Source: Candidatus Nezhaarchaeales archaeon
GTDB lineage: Archaea > Thermoproteota > Methanomethylicia > Nezhaarchaeales > WYZ-LMO8
Assembly: GCA_038887515.1 (NCBI GenBank)
Contig: JAWAKK010000001.1
Location: 512,001-576,000, forward strand
DNA length: 64,000 nt
Direction of reading: 5' to 3'
Both the position numbers and the translations under genes were made by a program. Position 1 is the stretch's first letter. Every line of letters begins with the position of its first letter. Below the pieces are notes generated by a model. The model did not search any database. It had not been told where the DNA came from and saw nothing but the letters and a program-made list of their open reading frames with translations. This document shows, piece after piece, positions 20,256-28,932 of this stretch.

Positions 20256-21500
20256 ATGAATAATAGAGTGTCCGTGGTAGCTGTTGGTTCTCCAGTTCAT
20301 CCACTACAACAACGAACGAAAGCCTTTCACATGCTTTTAAAATCTATTGAAGACCGTGGCTTAGACGTTGAAGTCGTAGCTGAACCTATATCTTCAATGG
20401 AAGAAGTTTGGTCCATTAGACATAAGATACTTAGCTTAGACAAGCCTCTAGTCATACTACACCTTACGGGCGGAACCTCTAAGCTAGCAGTCGAAGTAGC
20501 GAAGTGGTGTAATACTCCTATTACGCTCGTTACTCACGGTGAAGGCAATTCACTACCCTCAGGCCTAGAGACGCTTGTTAGGCTTAAGCGTCTGGGGCTT
20601 AGCGCCAAAATTGAGTTCCTCGAGCCTAGTAGTGGAACACTCAAAATCAAGGAGTTGGAAAGCGTCTTCGTAGGCTGCATGACTATTATAGGTGAAGTTT
20701 CTCCGAGGACATTCGATATTACTTGCCCAGCTACTTTAGCTCATAGACTTAAGGTTAAGATCATGCATTTAGCGGAGGAGGAGCTCGAAAAATATCTTGA
20801 AAGGCATGTGCGGGACGCTGAGCTTTCTCATAGTTTTCTCTCTGAGTTTAGGGGTGAAGTAAGGGTACCAGTACAAGAGCTTCAATTGAGCTTAGCTTTA
20901 AAGGAGGCTATCAAGGAGGCTGTCGAGAAAATGAAGTGCAACGTATTTACTGTTGACTGCTTCGAAATCCTTAAGAGGATTAGCGTAACTCCTTGCTTGG
21001 CCATATCTTTACTATCTGAAGAAGGTTTCTTAGGAATCTGCGAAGCTGATGTACAAGCAGCGGCATGCATGATTGCAATTAGAGAACTAGTTCACCCATT
21101 CATGGGCAACATAGTTGCGGTAAACGACGAATCGGTGACGCTAGCTCACTGTACTGCTGCTACGGTGTTAGCTTCAAACATTAGCAAGGTTAAACTGAAA
21201 AGCCACTTTGAGACCGACAGGAGCGTGGCTGTTGATGTTCCATTAAGGTTAGGCGAGGCTGTAATGATTAGTTGCGACCCTCAGCTCAGAGATGCGTACG
21301 TAGTTGAGTGCTACATTGATAGAAGTCAGCTCGAAAAAGAGAGTATGTGTAGAACTCAAGTATTGCTTAGACTTAAGTCTAAGCAATCAAAGGTCTTGGC
21401 TGAATGGCCTGGCGGTCACGCAGTCTTAGCAGTCCAAGTCGGTCTAACAGAAGTTAAAAACGCCCTATTGAAAAGAGGATTTACCGTCAAGGAACTTTAA
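20256..21500 (+). CDS. L-fucose/L-arabinose isomerase-like protein
   Basis: TVDCF, PCLA, CEAD, LAHCT, SHFET, CRTQ, GGH. Confidence 0.75.
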   Translation: MNNRVSVVAVGSPVHPLQQRTKAFHMLLKSIEDRGLDVEVVAEPISSMEEVWSIRHKILSLDKPLVILHLTGGTSKLAVEVAKWCNTPITLVTHGEGNSLPSGLETLVRLKRLGLSAKIEFLEPSSGTLKIKELESVFVGCMTIIGEVSPRTFDITCPATLAHRLKVKIMHLAEEELEKYLERHVRDAELSHSFLSEFRGEVRVPVQELQLSLALKEAIKEAVEKMKCNVFTVDCFEILKRISVTPCLAISLLSEEGFLGICEADVQAAACMIAIRELVHPFMGNIVAVNDESVTLAHCTAATVLASNISKVKLKSHFETDRSVAVDVPLRLGEAVMISCDPQLRDAYVVECYIDRSQLEKESMCRTQVLLRLKSKQSKVLAEWPGGHAVLAVQVGLTEVKNALLKRGFTVKEL

Positions 21501-21612
21501 CTCCTTAAACTGGTGAGGAACGTTTGCTTAAGAGTTAACCTTAAAATCTATGGAACCGAATCTTAGACGGTCGTTTAATGTTTATAAACCGAGACATAGC
21601 AACGTATATAGC

Positions 21613-21945
21613 ATGGCCACGTTGAACACGGGTCTAATAATAGCGGGCGCCTACGCCGACAAGGCTAGAAGGGTCCTAATGGCTCAAGTAAAGGGTCAAG
21701 TAAACCCGCAAGAGGCTGTAAGGGCTTCGGCTGAGCTAAACAAGGTACTATATGAAGTCATAGTCAACGGGATTAAGGCCGATAAAGGCGATGTAGTCAG
21801 GGTAGTCATAGACTACGAGCTCAATAATAACCAGATAAAGTGGAACTTTGAAACTTTAAGGATAGAGTTCTTTAAGAGAGTTCCCGATGAAGAAGTAAAA
21901 AGGAAGATTTGCGAGGCCTTAACTAAGGTCATGGGTGCACGGTAA
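21613..21945 (+). CDS. ThermoDBP-related (DUF2258) single-stranded nucleic-acid-binding protein
   Basis: LNTGLIIAGAYADKARR, AELN..LY, KGDVVRV, W..ETLRIE; start at ATG 21613 downstream of a TTTATAAA box. Confidence 0.8.
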   Translation: MATLNTGLIIAGAYADKARRVLMAQVKGQVNPQEAVRASAELNKVLYEVIVNGIKADKGDVVRVVIDYELNNNQIKWNFETLRIEFFKRVPDEEVKRKICEALTKVMGAR

Positions 21946-22071
21946 TTTAGCTTAAACTTAGAAAGCGACGACACTCCACCTTATATTTTTAAATTTTACG
22001 TAATCCTCTTCATGAAAGAAAGACAATAAAAGTGAATAAAAAAAGAATTCTAGTACCGATGTTTCTTTCTT

Positions 22072-22362
22072 CTACTTCTTCCTCTCTACCGTTATCTCTA
22101 TCGTGGAGACGTTTCTAGCTTGCTCGCCTTCGCCGACCTTCTCGGTACCTATTTTGACGTCCGTTATCTCTACCTGGTTTACTAGGAACCTGGTCTTCAC
22201 GATCTCGGCTGCATCGACGGCTTTCGATATAGCCCTCCCTCTAGCCTTTATTATTACTTTGTCCGCCCCCTGGTTGAACTGAATTACCGTTGCAAGGACG
22301 TAGTTCATGGTTGGTTTGTTTCCAACTAAAACAACATTCTCTCCTGTTTTTGGTTTGCTCAT
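22072..22362 (-). CDS. albA: DNA/RNA-binding protein Alba
   Basis: [30 protein letters not shown]; SD GGAGGT before ATG 22362. Confidence 0.96.
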   Translation of the reverse strand: MSKPKTGENVVLVGNKPTMNYVLATVIQFNQGADKVIIKARGRAISKAVDAAEIVKTRFLVNQVEITDVKIGTEKVGEGEQARNVSTIEITVERKK

Positions 22363-22446
22363 GTCTTGTAACCTCCGCCTCGATGGTTTGTCGTAGTCTG
22401 ACACTTCTGTATCCGGTTAGTTTTAAACTCTTCGCTTAAACCTGGT

Positions 22447-23205
22447 TTATCGGAATAAGTCCTCCTGAGGAGGCATTATTAACTCTCTTACCGTTGCATT
22501 GTCGCTCTTCTCAAACTTCAATCCTCTTACGATAGCGGCTGGTACTCCTTCATTGGCCTGACCCATCACCAGCTCCGCTGCAGAAGCTATTTCATCCGCG
22601 ATAGCTGTTATCTTAGACTTAAGGACGTAACCGAAGAGGTCGCTCTCTCCTCTCCTATCTCTTAGAGGCCTTATTCCGGCTACACCTATTGCCACGTTTA
22701 TCTGACCCCTCCTAAAGGGTCTTCCATGCGTGTCGCTAATTATGACTGCTACGTCAACGCCCTTCAGTTTCTTAATGGTTTCTCTTATCTTAGCTGCTTC
22801 TTCATCTGGATCTGGCGGTAGAGTTACCGCGCTAAGCCCTCCATCGACATTAGAGACGTCGACGCCGGCGTTAGCGCACACGAAACCGTGTTTGGTCTCG
22901 CAAATAATGAGGTTACTTCCTAGCTTAACTATTTTGTTGGTTTCTCGGAGTATTACTTCAACGAGTTCTGGCGGTTTCCCTAAGGCTCTCGATAACGCTA
23001 TGGCTTTATCCGACGGCTGTACTTCACTTAGCCTATATATTAGACCCCTTGCCTTGGAAACTACTTTCTGAGAAATCACGAGGACATCGTTATCTATAAG
23101 CGGCGTCCCCTGTTTCTCAGCTGCCTCACATATGAGGATAGCTATGTCATCTCCAGGCTTTACCGGTACGGGGATGCCCCCTATTGGTATTATCTTTATC
23201 TCCAT
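22447..23205 (-). CDS. cofE: coenzyme F420-0:L-glutamate ligase
   Basis: SQKVVSKA.G, CANAGVD.SN, DTHGRPFRRGQ, ADEIASAAELVMGQ. Confidence 0.93.
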   Translation of the reverse strand: MEIKIIPIGGIPVPVKPGDDIAILICEAAEKQGTPLIDNDVLVISQKVVSKARGLIYRLSEVQPSDKAIALSRALGKPPELVEVILRETNKIVKLGSNLIICETKHGFVCANAGVDVSNVDGGLSAVTLPPDPDEEAAKIRETIKKLKGVDVAVIISDTHGRPFRRGQINVAIGVAGIRPLRDRRGESDLFGYVLKSKITAIADEIASAAELVMGQANEGVPAAIVRGLKFEKSDNATVRELIMPPQEDLFR

Positions 23206-23208
23206 GGT

Positions 23209-23607
23209 TTAACACGTAATTTCTTCATCGACCATGCTTTTAAGCCTTGCATAAAGTTTTGAATGCAGGCTTCCACAATAGCTGATATATAAGTTAAAGC
23301 ACTTAGCTTTAGCGGATGCCGTTAATATCTCGCATATCCTAAGATAAGCCTTCAAGCTGGCGAATTTGCTTGCAACAGACAATCTGGAGGCGTGAGAATA
23401 AAGATCTAGAATGACGTTGCTATCCCTAGAGATTTCTAGAGGTAGTGATACTACTTGCTCAAATTGCTTAAAAAGGTCTAAAACCTCTATCAGCTGGAAT
23501 GTCTCCAAAGGTTTATCGGACACTACGATCTTCGCAACGCCCGACACCTTCAATGACTTTAAGAGAGGTCTATTGCCATCGCCAACAACTAGGTAGGTCC
23601 TCCCCAT
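23209..23607 (-). CDS. small hypothetical protein, possibly a degenerate RecA/RAD55-fold
   Basis: SD GAGGTG before ATG 23607; TYLVVGDG (Walker-A-like position, no GKT), NVILD (Walker-B-like), C-terminal LKSMVDEEI. Confidence 0.55.
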   Translation of the reverse strand: MGRTYLVVGDGNRPLLKSLKVSGVAKIVVSDKPLETFQLIEVLDLFKQFEQVVSLPLEISRDSNVILDLYSHASRLSVASKFASLKAYLRICEILTASAKAKCFNLYISYCGSLHSKLYARLKSMVDEEITC

Positions 23608-23620
23608 ACATACACCTCGG

Positions 23621-23950
23621 TTAAAAGAACAAATGATAGAAAAGGCATGCACCTATATGGCTACAGGTATGTCTCCTAGACTTAAAGTACGGCTTGTAGG
23701 GTTGATTGCATGTACATATAAGCGACCCTCTACCCTCGTCGTACTTAACTACGTATAGATGCTCAGCGTCACCAAGCTTCTTCCTCCCCCTAACTATCCA
23801 CGTGTTTTTACGGCACTCGTAGACGTCGTACACCCTCGCAATACTTCTTTTAACCCACGACTTACCCTTTGCCTCAGTTAATTCAAGAAGCTTCTCTACG
23901 ATGCCGCAATCTAATGTTTTTGGGCTGGCATCAGGCTCTCTACGCCACAT
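23621..23950 (-). CDS. SWIM zinc-finger protein
   Basis: C-x-C-x14-C-x-H (CTCNQPYKPYFKSRRHTCSH) preceded by W.VRG...Y.V strands; overlaps radA-paralog stop. Confidence 0.82.
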   Translation of the reverse strand: MWRREPDASPKTLDCGIVEKLLELTEAKGKSWVKRSIARVYDVYECRKNTWIVRGRKKLGDAEHLYVVKYDEGRGSLICTCNQPYKPYFKSRRHTCSHIGACLFYHLFF

Positions 23951-24905
23951 CTTCAACCCCCCTCTCGGTTATCATATAACTTGCCGACGCACCATAGGGT
24001 AGCGTTGGGCTGTCAAGGACGGTCATCGTACCCTTTAGAAAGCCTCTTTCACTCTTGGTGCTTAAAAAGAACCTATGCGTTGTGGCGTGAGCAAGAGTTG
24101 TGCCTCCTATGGGTTTCAGCCTCTCATTGATATTTACGAAAGCCACTGGCACCTCCATTACCGGCGTCGTAACGACCACTATAACTTCGTATAGCCTGGC
24201 GATCCTTATAAGCCAGTCAAGTACGTAACCCAACCTGCTCTGCCTCAAGGCTAAAGACTCCCTTCCAGAGTATTCAGTTCTAAACCTTGACATTAGAGAG
24301 TCGACGATAACGAGCTTTATGCCCCCCTCTATTGTCCTCACGAGATCCGAGGTTACTACCTGAAGTAGGTGATCCGTATTTATGACGTCTATGACGTAGA
24401 TGTTGTTCAACGCGTGTTCGGGGTCAAGACCGAACCTCTCAGCTATAGACCTGACCCTGCTGGGGTCGAACGTCCCCTCAGTGTCCATGAAGTAGCATTT
24501 ACCTCCAATACCTCCCTTATTGGTCGATAGCTGAACTGTAATTGAGAGTTGCAGGCAAAGTTGGGTTTTTCCTGTTCCAGGCTGCCCGCATAACTCGTAG
24601 ATAGCCTTAGGCCTTAAGCCACCGTTAAGGAGGAGGTCTATGCTCTTGACTCCGATAGTCAAATGCGGTAGAGGTCTTTGAACTGAGTAGTCAGAAGCCT
24701 TAACAGCCTTTAAAGGCATGAAGATGCTCCTAGCGTGTGCAAGCGCCCTCCTTAGAGTCCTCTCATCGGCGTCAACTAAGCCTAATAGTTCATCGATATT
24801 AAACAACGATAGATGTTTGGCCGAGCATACACCAATACTTCGAAGCTTCTCTGCGGTCTTAGGTCCTATGCCCTCTAGATCCTCGAGCTTAACCTCTCCA
24901 CTCAA
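23940..24905 (-). CDS. divergent full-length RadA/Rad51 paralog
   Basis: N-terminal HhH (LEGIGPKTAEKL), GQPGTGKTQ, DTEGTF, VIVDS, FRTEYSGR.SL..RQ; TNQV replaced by TTPV. Confidence 0.88.
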   Translation of the reverse strand: MSGEVKLEDLEGIGPKTAEKLRSIGVCSAKHLSLFNIDELLGLVDADERTLRRALAHARSIFMPLKAVKASDYSVQRPLPHLTIGVKSIDLLLNGGLRPKAIYELCGQPGTGKTQLCLQLSITVQLSTNKGGIGGKCYFMDTEGTFDPSRVRSIAERFGLDPEHALNNIYVIDVINTDHLLQVVTSDLVRTIEGGIKLVIVDSLMSRFRTEYSGRESLALRQSRLGYVLDWLIRIARLYEVIVVVTTPVMEVPVAFVNINERLKPIGGTTLAHATTHRFFLSTKSERGFLKGTMTVLDSPTLPYGASASYMITERGVEDVA

Positions 24906-25105
24906 TTAGAGACACCTCTAAGATCACCTATTAGCAAGTTAATGGCTGTAAGAGCTCTAAGGGCAAGGGCTAGGCGTCGATCGACTTCTTCGATACTAAT
25001 TTCTGATATCATTGCTTGACAAGCTTCTAAGATTGCTTGGAACTCCAGCAGACTGTACTCTTCGATGAAGAGTACCCTTTCTTCTTTGGCCCTCTTAGCC
25101 CTCAA
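24902..25105 (-). CDS. small helical hypothetical protein
   Basis: 67-aa ORF overlapping the radA-paralog start by 4 bp. Confidence 0.5.
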   Translation of the reverse strand: MRAKRAKEERVLFIEEYSLLEFQAILEACQAMISEISIEEVDRRLALALRALTAINLLIGDLRGVSN

Positions 25106-25227
25106 CTTTAACTCTCTCTTTACCCTCTAGCCACTACAGGATTTGTACATCGTTAACAAAATCGTATAGAGGCCTTTACATGAGGCCCCTGCGATCCAAG
25201 TTAGAGAACACCCTTTCCTTTTCCTTT

Positions 25228-26511
25228 CTATTCTCGTATCAACCAGCCCTCCAATGCTTCAAGCTCCTCTAAAGCATTAAGGCCACGAACCGTAATTTTG
25301 AGCCAGTACTTACCGTCGGCTCCCACGACTTCGTTTGCAAGTCCATGGATTAATAGTGCGTTTACGAGCTTTGAAGCTTCCATCGATGATACGTCGAGCC
25401 TATGTATCGCATATGATATTACTGAATCCCTTGTTGACGCTCCATCTCTCAAGAAGTTCAAGACCTCGTACGCCATCTTAGCTTTATTGCCCAGCTTTGC
25501 TTGAAGCATTGATTTAGGGACCTCGACAGGGACCTTAAGTTCTTCAATCGCACTTATCTTTGCCGTCTCCTCAAGAGGAACCTCAACCACTCCACTTGAA
25601 TAAGCGAGACTATACGCGAACCTCTCTTTACTGTTGAGGAGCCTGAGATATCTTCGACCAACAACTGCACTAACATATCTTACATCTTCTGGTGTAATGG
25701 GTGAGCCCATGATTGCCATGCGGGCTCCCGCTCTCAATTCCAGCGGTATAGATGATGTGCCGTTCGCGCATGCGATAACTATCGAGGACTCGGCCCTCAT
25801 CTTGTTAAGAAGGTCTATAAGGTTCTTCCAAGCAGAGCCTATGAACTCTTTAAGTATGTCGACGTCGCATAAAGTCACGACCCCCTTAAAACCGCTTTTT
25901 AGTAAATGCATCAATATGGCCATGGATATAAGCGAAGCATAACTTGGCGGTAGCTCGTACATCGATATCAGCGCTTGAATATTCGTAAGCTCAAAATGGC
26001 TACTACATGCCGCTCCAAGCCTACCCCTCCCCATAGCCTCCACTATCTCTATGAGTTCAACGGCATCTCGATTCGTTAGTTCGTTTGATTCTAACTCCAG
26101 CGCGGATGTAATGTCTTCAATTGTCGGATCCTTTCCGGTCAGATACGTTCTAGTAAGCGCTCTTCTAAGAGACGAGGTTTGCGCGTTATTCAAGTTAAAG
26201 GCTCCCTTGAAGGCATCAGCAACGAAGTGTGCGTAGACTAGCTTGTCTCCGACTGGCTTAAATGGATTGAATGAGGCGTTTAGACCAAGACTTACATGCT
26301 TAAGCCATCTAGGACCCTCAGCTATGTAGGGCGATATTACCACCAAATTTGCTGAGTCCGCCAACTGTCCCAGCAAGTGGTATGTAGCGTTTAAGCTCCA
26401 CGCACCGCTGATTACTAGTGGGTGTGCGCTAAACAAGTTGACCCTTAAAGTACTCGTCAGCGCCTCCGCGTCATCCTCAATTATAAATCCAACATCAACC
26501 TCAAAGCTCAT
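25228..26511 (-). CDS. HerA/VirB4(CedB)-like ATPase with degenerate Walker motifs and C-terminal wHTH
   Basis: FNPF...AF.L..AQ..L..AL..Y....PTIEDI helical insert and later segments follow the HerA/VirB4 layout; Walker A position reads HPLVISGAWSLNAT; wHTH-like end (YWLKITVRG). Confidence 0.65.
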   Translation of the reverse strand: MSFEVDVGFIIEDDAEALTSTLRVNLFSAHPLVISGAWSLNATYHLLGQLADSANLVVISPYIAEGPRWLKHVSLGLNASFNPFKPVGDKLVYAHFVADAFKGAFNLNNAQTSSLRRALTRTYLTGKDPTIEDITSALELESNELTNRDAVELIEIVEAMGRGRLGAACSSHFELTNIQALISMYELPPSYASLISMAILMHLLKSGFKGVVTLCDVDILKEFIGSAWKNLIDLLNKMRAESSIVIACANGTSSIPLELRAGARMAIMGSPITPEDVRYVSAVVGRRYLRLLNSKERFAYSLAYSSGVVEVPLEETAKISAIEELKVPVEVPKSMLQAKLGNKAKMAYEVLNFLRDGASTRDSVISYAIHRLDVSSMEASKLVNALLIHGLANEVVGADGKYWLKITVRGLNALEELEALEGWLIRE

Positions 26512-27134
26512 GCCACAACCCCCTTGACGGCTCTAATAAGCTCGTCGAACTCCAGAACACAGATCTCGGACCTCGGCAACCTGGCCTTAACGGCTCCCAT
26601 GGTCGTCGTAAGGCCCTTAACGACTTCATCTACTACTTCCTTTGCAGTCTCCAAGAACTCCTTATCGAGTGGCTTGCGTACTTTAATCATAATTATAAAG
26701 CATGCATCCCCCGACGTTTTCTTAGAAACTATCAAGTTGCTTTCAAAGCCGGTCTTCGCCGCTACATCTATTGCACCTAGAAGCTCTACAACTCGGCCTC
26801 CCCCCAAGGACCTTACTTCCAAGCACCCTAAGCCTAGAGCTTCAGCACCATTTCTCACTACGACTGCTGGTCCTATGCCTTCAACTTCATATACTTGAAT
26901 ATCGCTTATTGTCGACGCCTTACATGCACGCTCTTTTCTCTTCGACCTCGGCCACTTGAGTCTCTTAACGAGTTTGTATAGGTACTTTCCAACTTTGTAG
27001 ATGATGTACGCCCCTATGGGTATCAGAAGCCAAGGAAAGAAGACGGATAACAACAATACTAGCAATAGTAATGTTGTCCTTAGGCTTATTATCCCTTTCC
27101 TAGAGGTTGAGGGTCTATTAACAGGTTCTATCAT
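26508..27134 (-). CDS. membrane-anchored hypothetical protein
   Basis: hydrophobic hairpin LLLLVLLLSVFFPWLLIPIGAYIIY followed by K/R patch; ATGA overlap with downstream gene. Confidence 0.7.
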   Translation of the reverse strand: MIEPVNRPSTSRKGIISLRTTLLLLVLLLSVFFPWLLIPIGAYIIYKVGKYLYKLVKRLKWPRSKRKERACKASTISDIQVYEVEGIGPAVVVRNGAEALGLGCLEVRSLGGGRVVELLGAIDVAAKTGFESNLIVSKKTSGDACFIIMIKVRKPLDKEFLETAKEVVDEVVKGLTTTMGAVKARLPRSEICVLEFDELIRAVKGVVA

Positions 27135-27222
27135 CGTCCCATCGCTTTTAAGTCAAGCTAAAGCACCCAATAAACAGTCGGACCATCAAAATGCGCTCGA
27201 GACATCTTAAAACAACATTGTA

Positions 27223-27236
27223 GGAGTGCGCACTCC
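27223..27236. promoter_or_regulatory. 14-bp perfect palindrome GGAGTGCGCACTCC in a divergent promoter region
   Basis: seen directly between udg and the membrane/HerA-like/radA-paralog cluster. Confidence 0.4.
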
Positions 27237-27289
27237 CTACCGGCTACACGGGCTTAATCAATCATTGTAAAGCTTAAAGGTGCCTTTCT

Positions 27290-27940
27290 ATGCTGAATTC
27301 TATGATTACTGTGAATAGCGAAAGGGCTAGACTACTTGAAGAAATAGCAAAAGAGATCGCTAATTGTAGGAAGTGTAGGCTGTGGTCTTCGAGGACTAAG
27401 CCTGTTCCAGGTCGAGGAAACATAAATGCAGACGTCATACTTATTGGGGAGGCGCCGGGGTACAACGAAGACCTAGAGGGAGAACCTTTCGTTGGAGCTG
27501 CAGGTAAGCTTTTAGACCAACTCTTAGACATAGCCCGTCTTAAACGGAAGGAAGTTTTCATAACTAATGTATTAAAATGTAGGCCGCCGAATAATAGGGA
27601 TCCATTACCAGACGAGATTGAGGCATGCGGTCAATACCTCGATAGGCAGGTAGCGGCCATAAGGCCCAAAATTGTCGTGTGTCTCGGTAGACATTCAACA
27701 AGCTACGTACTACTTAAAGGCGGTATAAAGGTTCACTTTGGAGGAAGTGCTGTAAGCATATCGGCTGTCAGAGGTCAACTATTTAAACTGAGCTTTGAAG
27801 GGCTTAACCTTCTAGTAATACCTACTTATCACCCGGCTGCGGGGCTATATAACCCTAAATTGAAGAAAGAATTGCTTAGTGACTTCGACTTTATAGGGAG
27901 GATCGTAGAGAAAGTTCGTGAAGGCTTGTTAACCATTTAG
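27290..27940 (+). CDS. udg: family 4 uracil-DNA glycosylase ([4Fe-4S])
   Basis: CRKCRL, GEAPG..ED..G.PFVG.AG, KCRPP.NR.P, TYHPAA. Confidence 0.95.
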   Translation: MLNSMITVNSERARLLEEIAKEIANCRKCRLWSSRTKPVPGRGNINADVILIGEAPGYNEDLEGEPFVGAAGKLLDQLLDIARLKRKEVFITNVLKCRPPNNRDPLPDEIEACGQYLDRQVAAIRPKIVVCLGRHSTSYVLLKGGIKVHFGGSAVSISAVRGQLFKLSFEGLNLLVIPTYHPAAGLYNPKLKKELLSDFDFIGRIVEKVREGLLTI

Positions 27941-27978
27941 AGCTAAGCTATTTAATTAAGTTAGGCGATAGAAGGTTT

Positions 27979-28037
27979 CGGGATGATGATGAAGGGATGA
28001 GGGGCTTTCTAGTGCTCGAAATCCGCGGGACTGACCG
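27979..28037 (+). ncRNA. C/D-box-like RNA or K-turn leader
   Basis: CGG-G-ATGATGA(C)...41 nt...CTGA(D)-CCG; internal C'/D' not canonical; ends 3 nt before ATG 28041. Confidence 0.45.
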
Positions 28038-28040
28038 CTT

Positions 28041-28766
28041 ATGATAAGGGGTTTGTTTATAGCCGGTGGAGGCTTTTTTGGATCCAAGGCTTTACGCGAA
28101 GCTTCAAACTATGCCTCAATAGTAGTTGTCGACGTCGATAAGGATTGTCTTGCAAGTAAAGACGTTGAGCTCGTAGTCTCGTTAGAGGGGCTAAGCAAAG
28201 AGCACTTTAAGAGCTTAAAGTCTATTCTAGTAGTCGGAGATTCGTCAAGTGTTTTAAGTAAGGCACTTCTCCTAGGCTTTAAGCCATCACTGGTAATCCC
28301 AGCAATTCCAAGACACTTTGCTGCGGATTTCCTAAAGCATGAACTTGAGGCTTAGGGCTTCAAAGTAATGCCCTCTCCCGACGTTATGAGGGCAAGCTTG
28401 AAATCTTTCCCTAAAGATTTGGTGGTGAATCTAAGCTTTAAGGACTCGGTATTCACGTGTAGCTACATGTCATCATGGTCTAAATGTTTGATCCCTTGCA
28501 CCCAGCCTGATACTTGTCCCGTCACAGGCGTATCGAAGCCTAGGCCAATGATCAAGGTTGTTGAAGAAGTCGTACGTTTCGCGGATCTCGCTTTAACATT
28601 GGAGAGCAAAAGGATTGGGGATTTCAGTGGAGGCTTTGAGTTTGACGTTATATGGGATTTCATAAACAAAGTTAAGATTAAAGCTACTAGGAGCGACGTC
28701 ATCGTTTACATAGCAACTGCATGCAGGTGCCACGGCGTGGCAAACTTCTTTAAAGTCGTCAAATAA
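28041..28766 (+). pseudogene. Rossmann-fold, Cys-rich protein interrupted by a single in-frame TAG (28353-28355)
   Basis: ORFs 28041-28355 and 28368-28766 share one frame (ELEA*GFKVMPSP); GGGFFG Rossmann motif, IPAIPRH, C..PC.QP..CP.TG, TACRCHG. Confidence 0.7.
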
Positions 28767-28932
28767 GGTCCGCCTTGATTGTGTAACTCCTTTATCGGCT
28801 TTCTCATGGTAAGCCTTTAATTTAGGATCCGCTTAAGTATTGTGAGCCTTTTAAGTACGTAGACTTTCATTTTACAGTTATCCCTTAATTTAGGGAGTAC
28901 TTCGAGGAAAAATAATTCTAAGTAACAGAGAG

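Noticed and set aside
23940-24905. Calling this the main recombinase radA
   Set aside because: The FxxA polymerisation motif, TNQ and GGH motifs are altered; treated as a paralog pending a whole-genome check.
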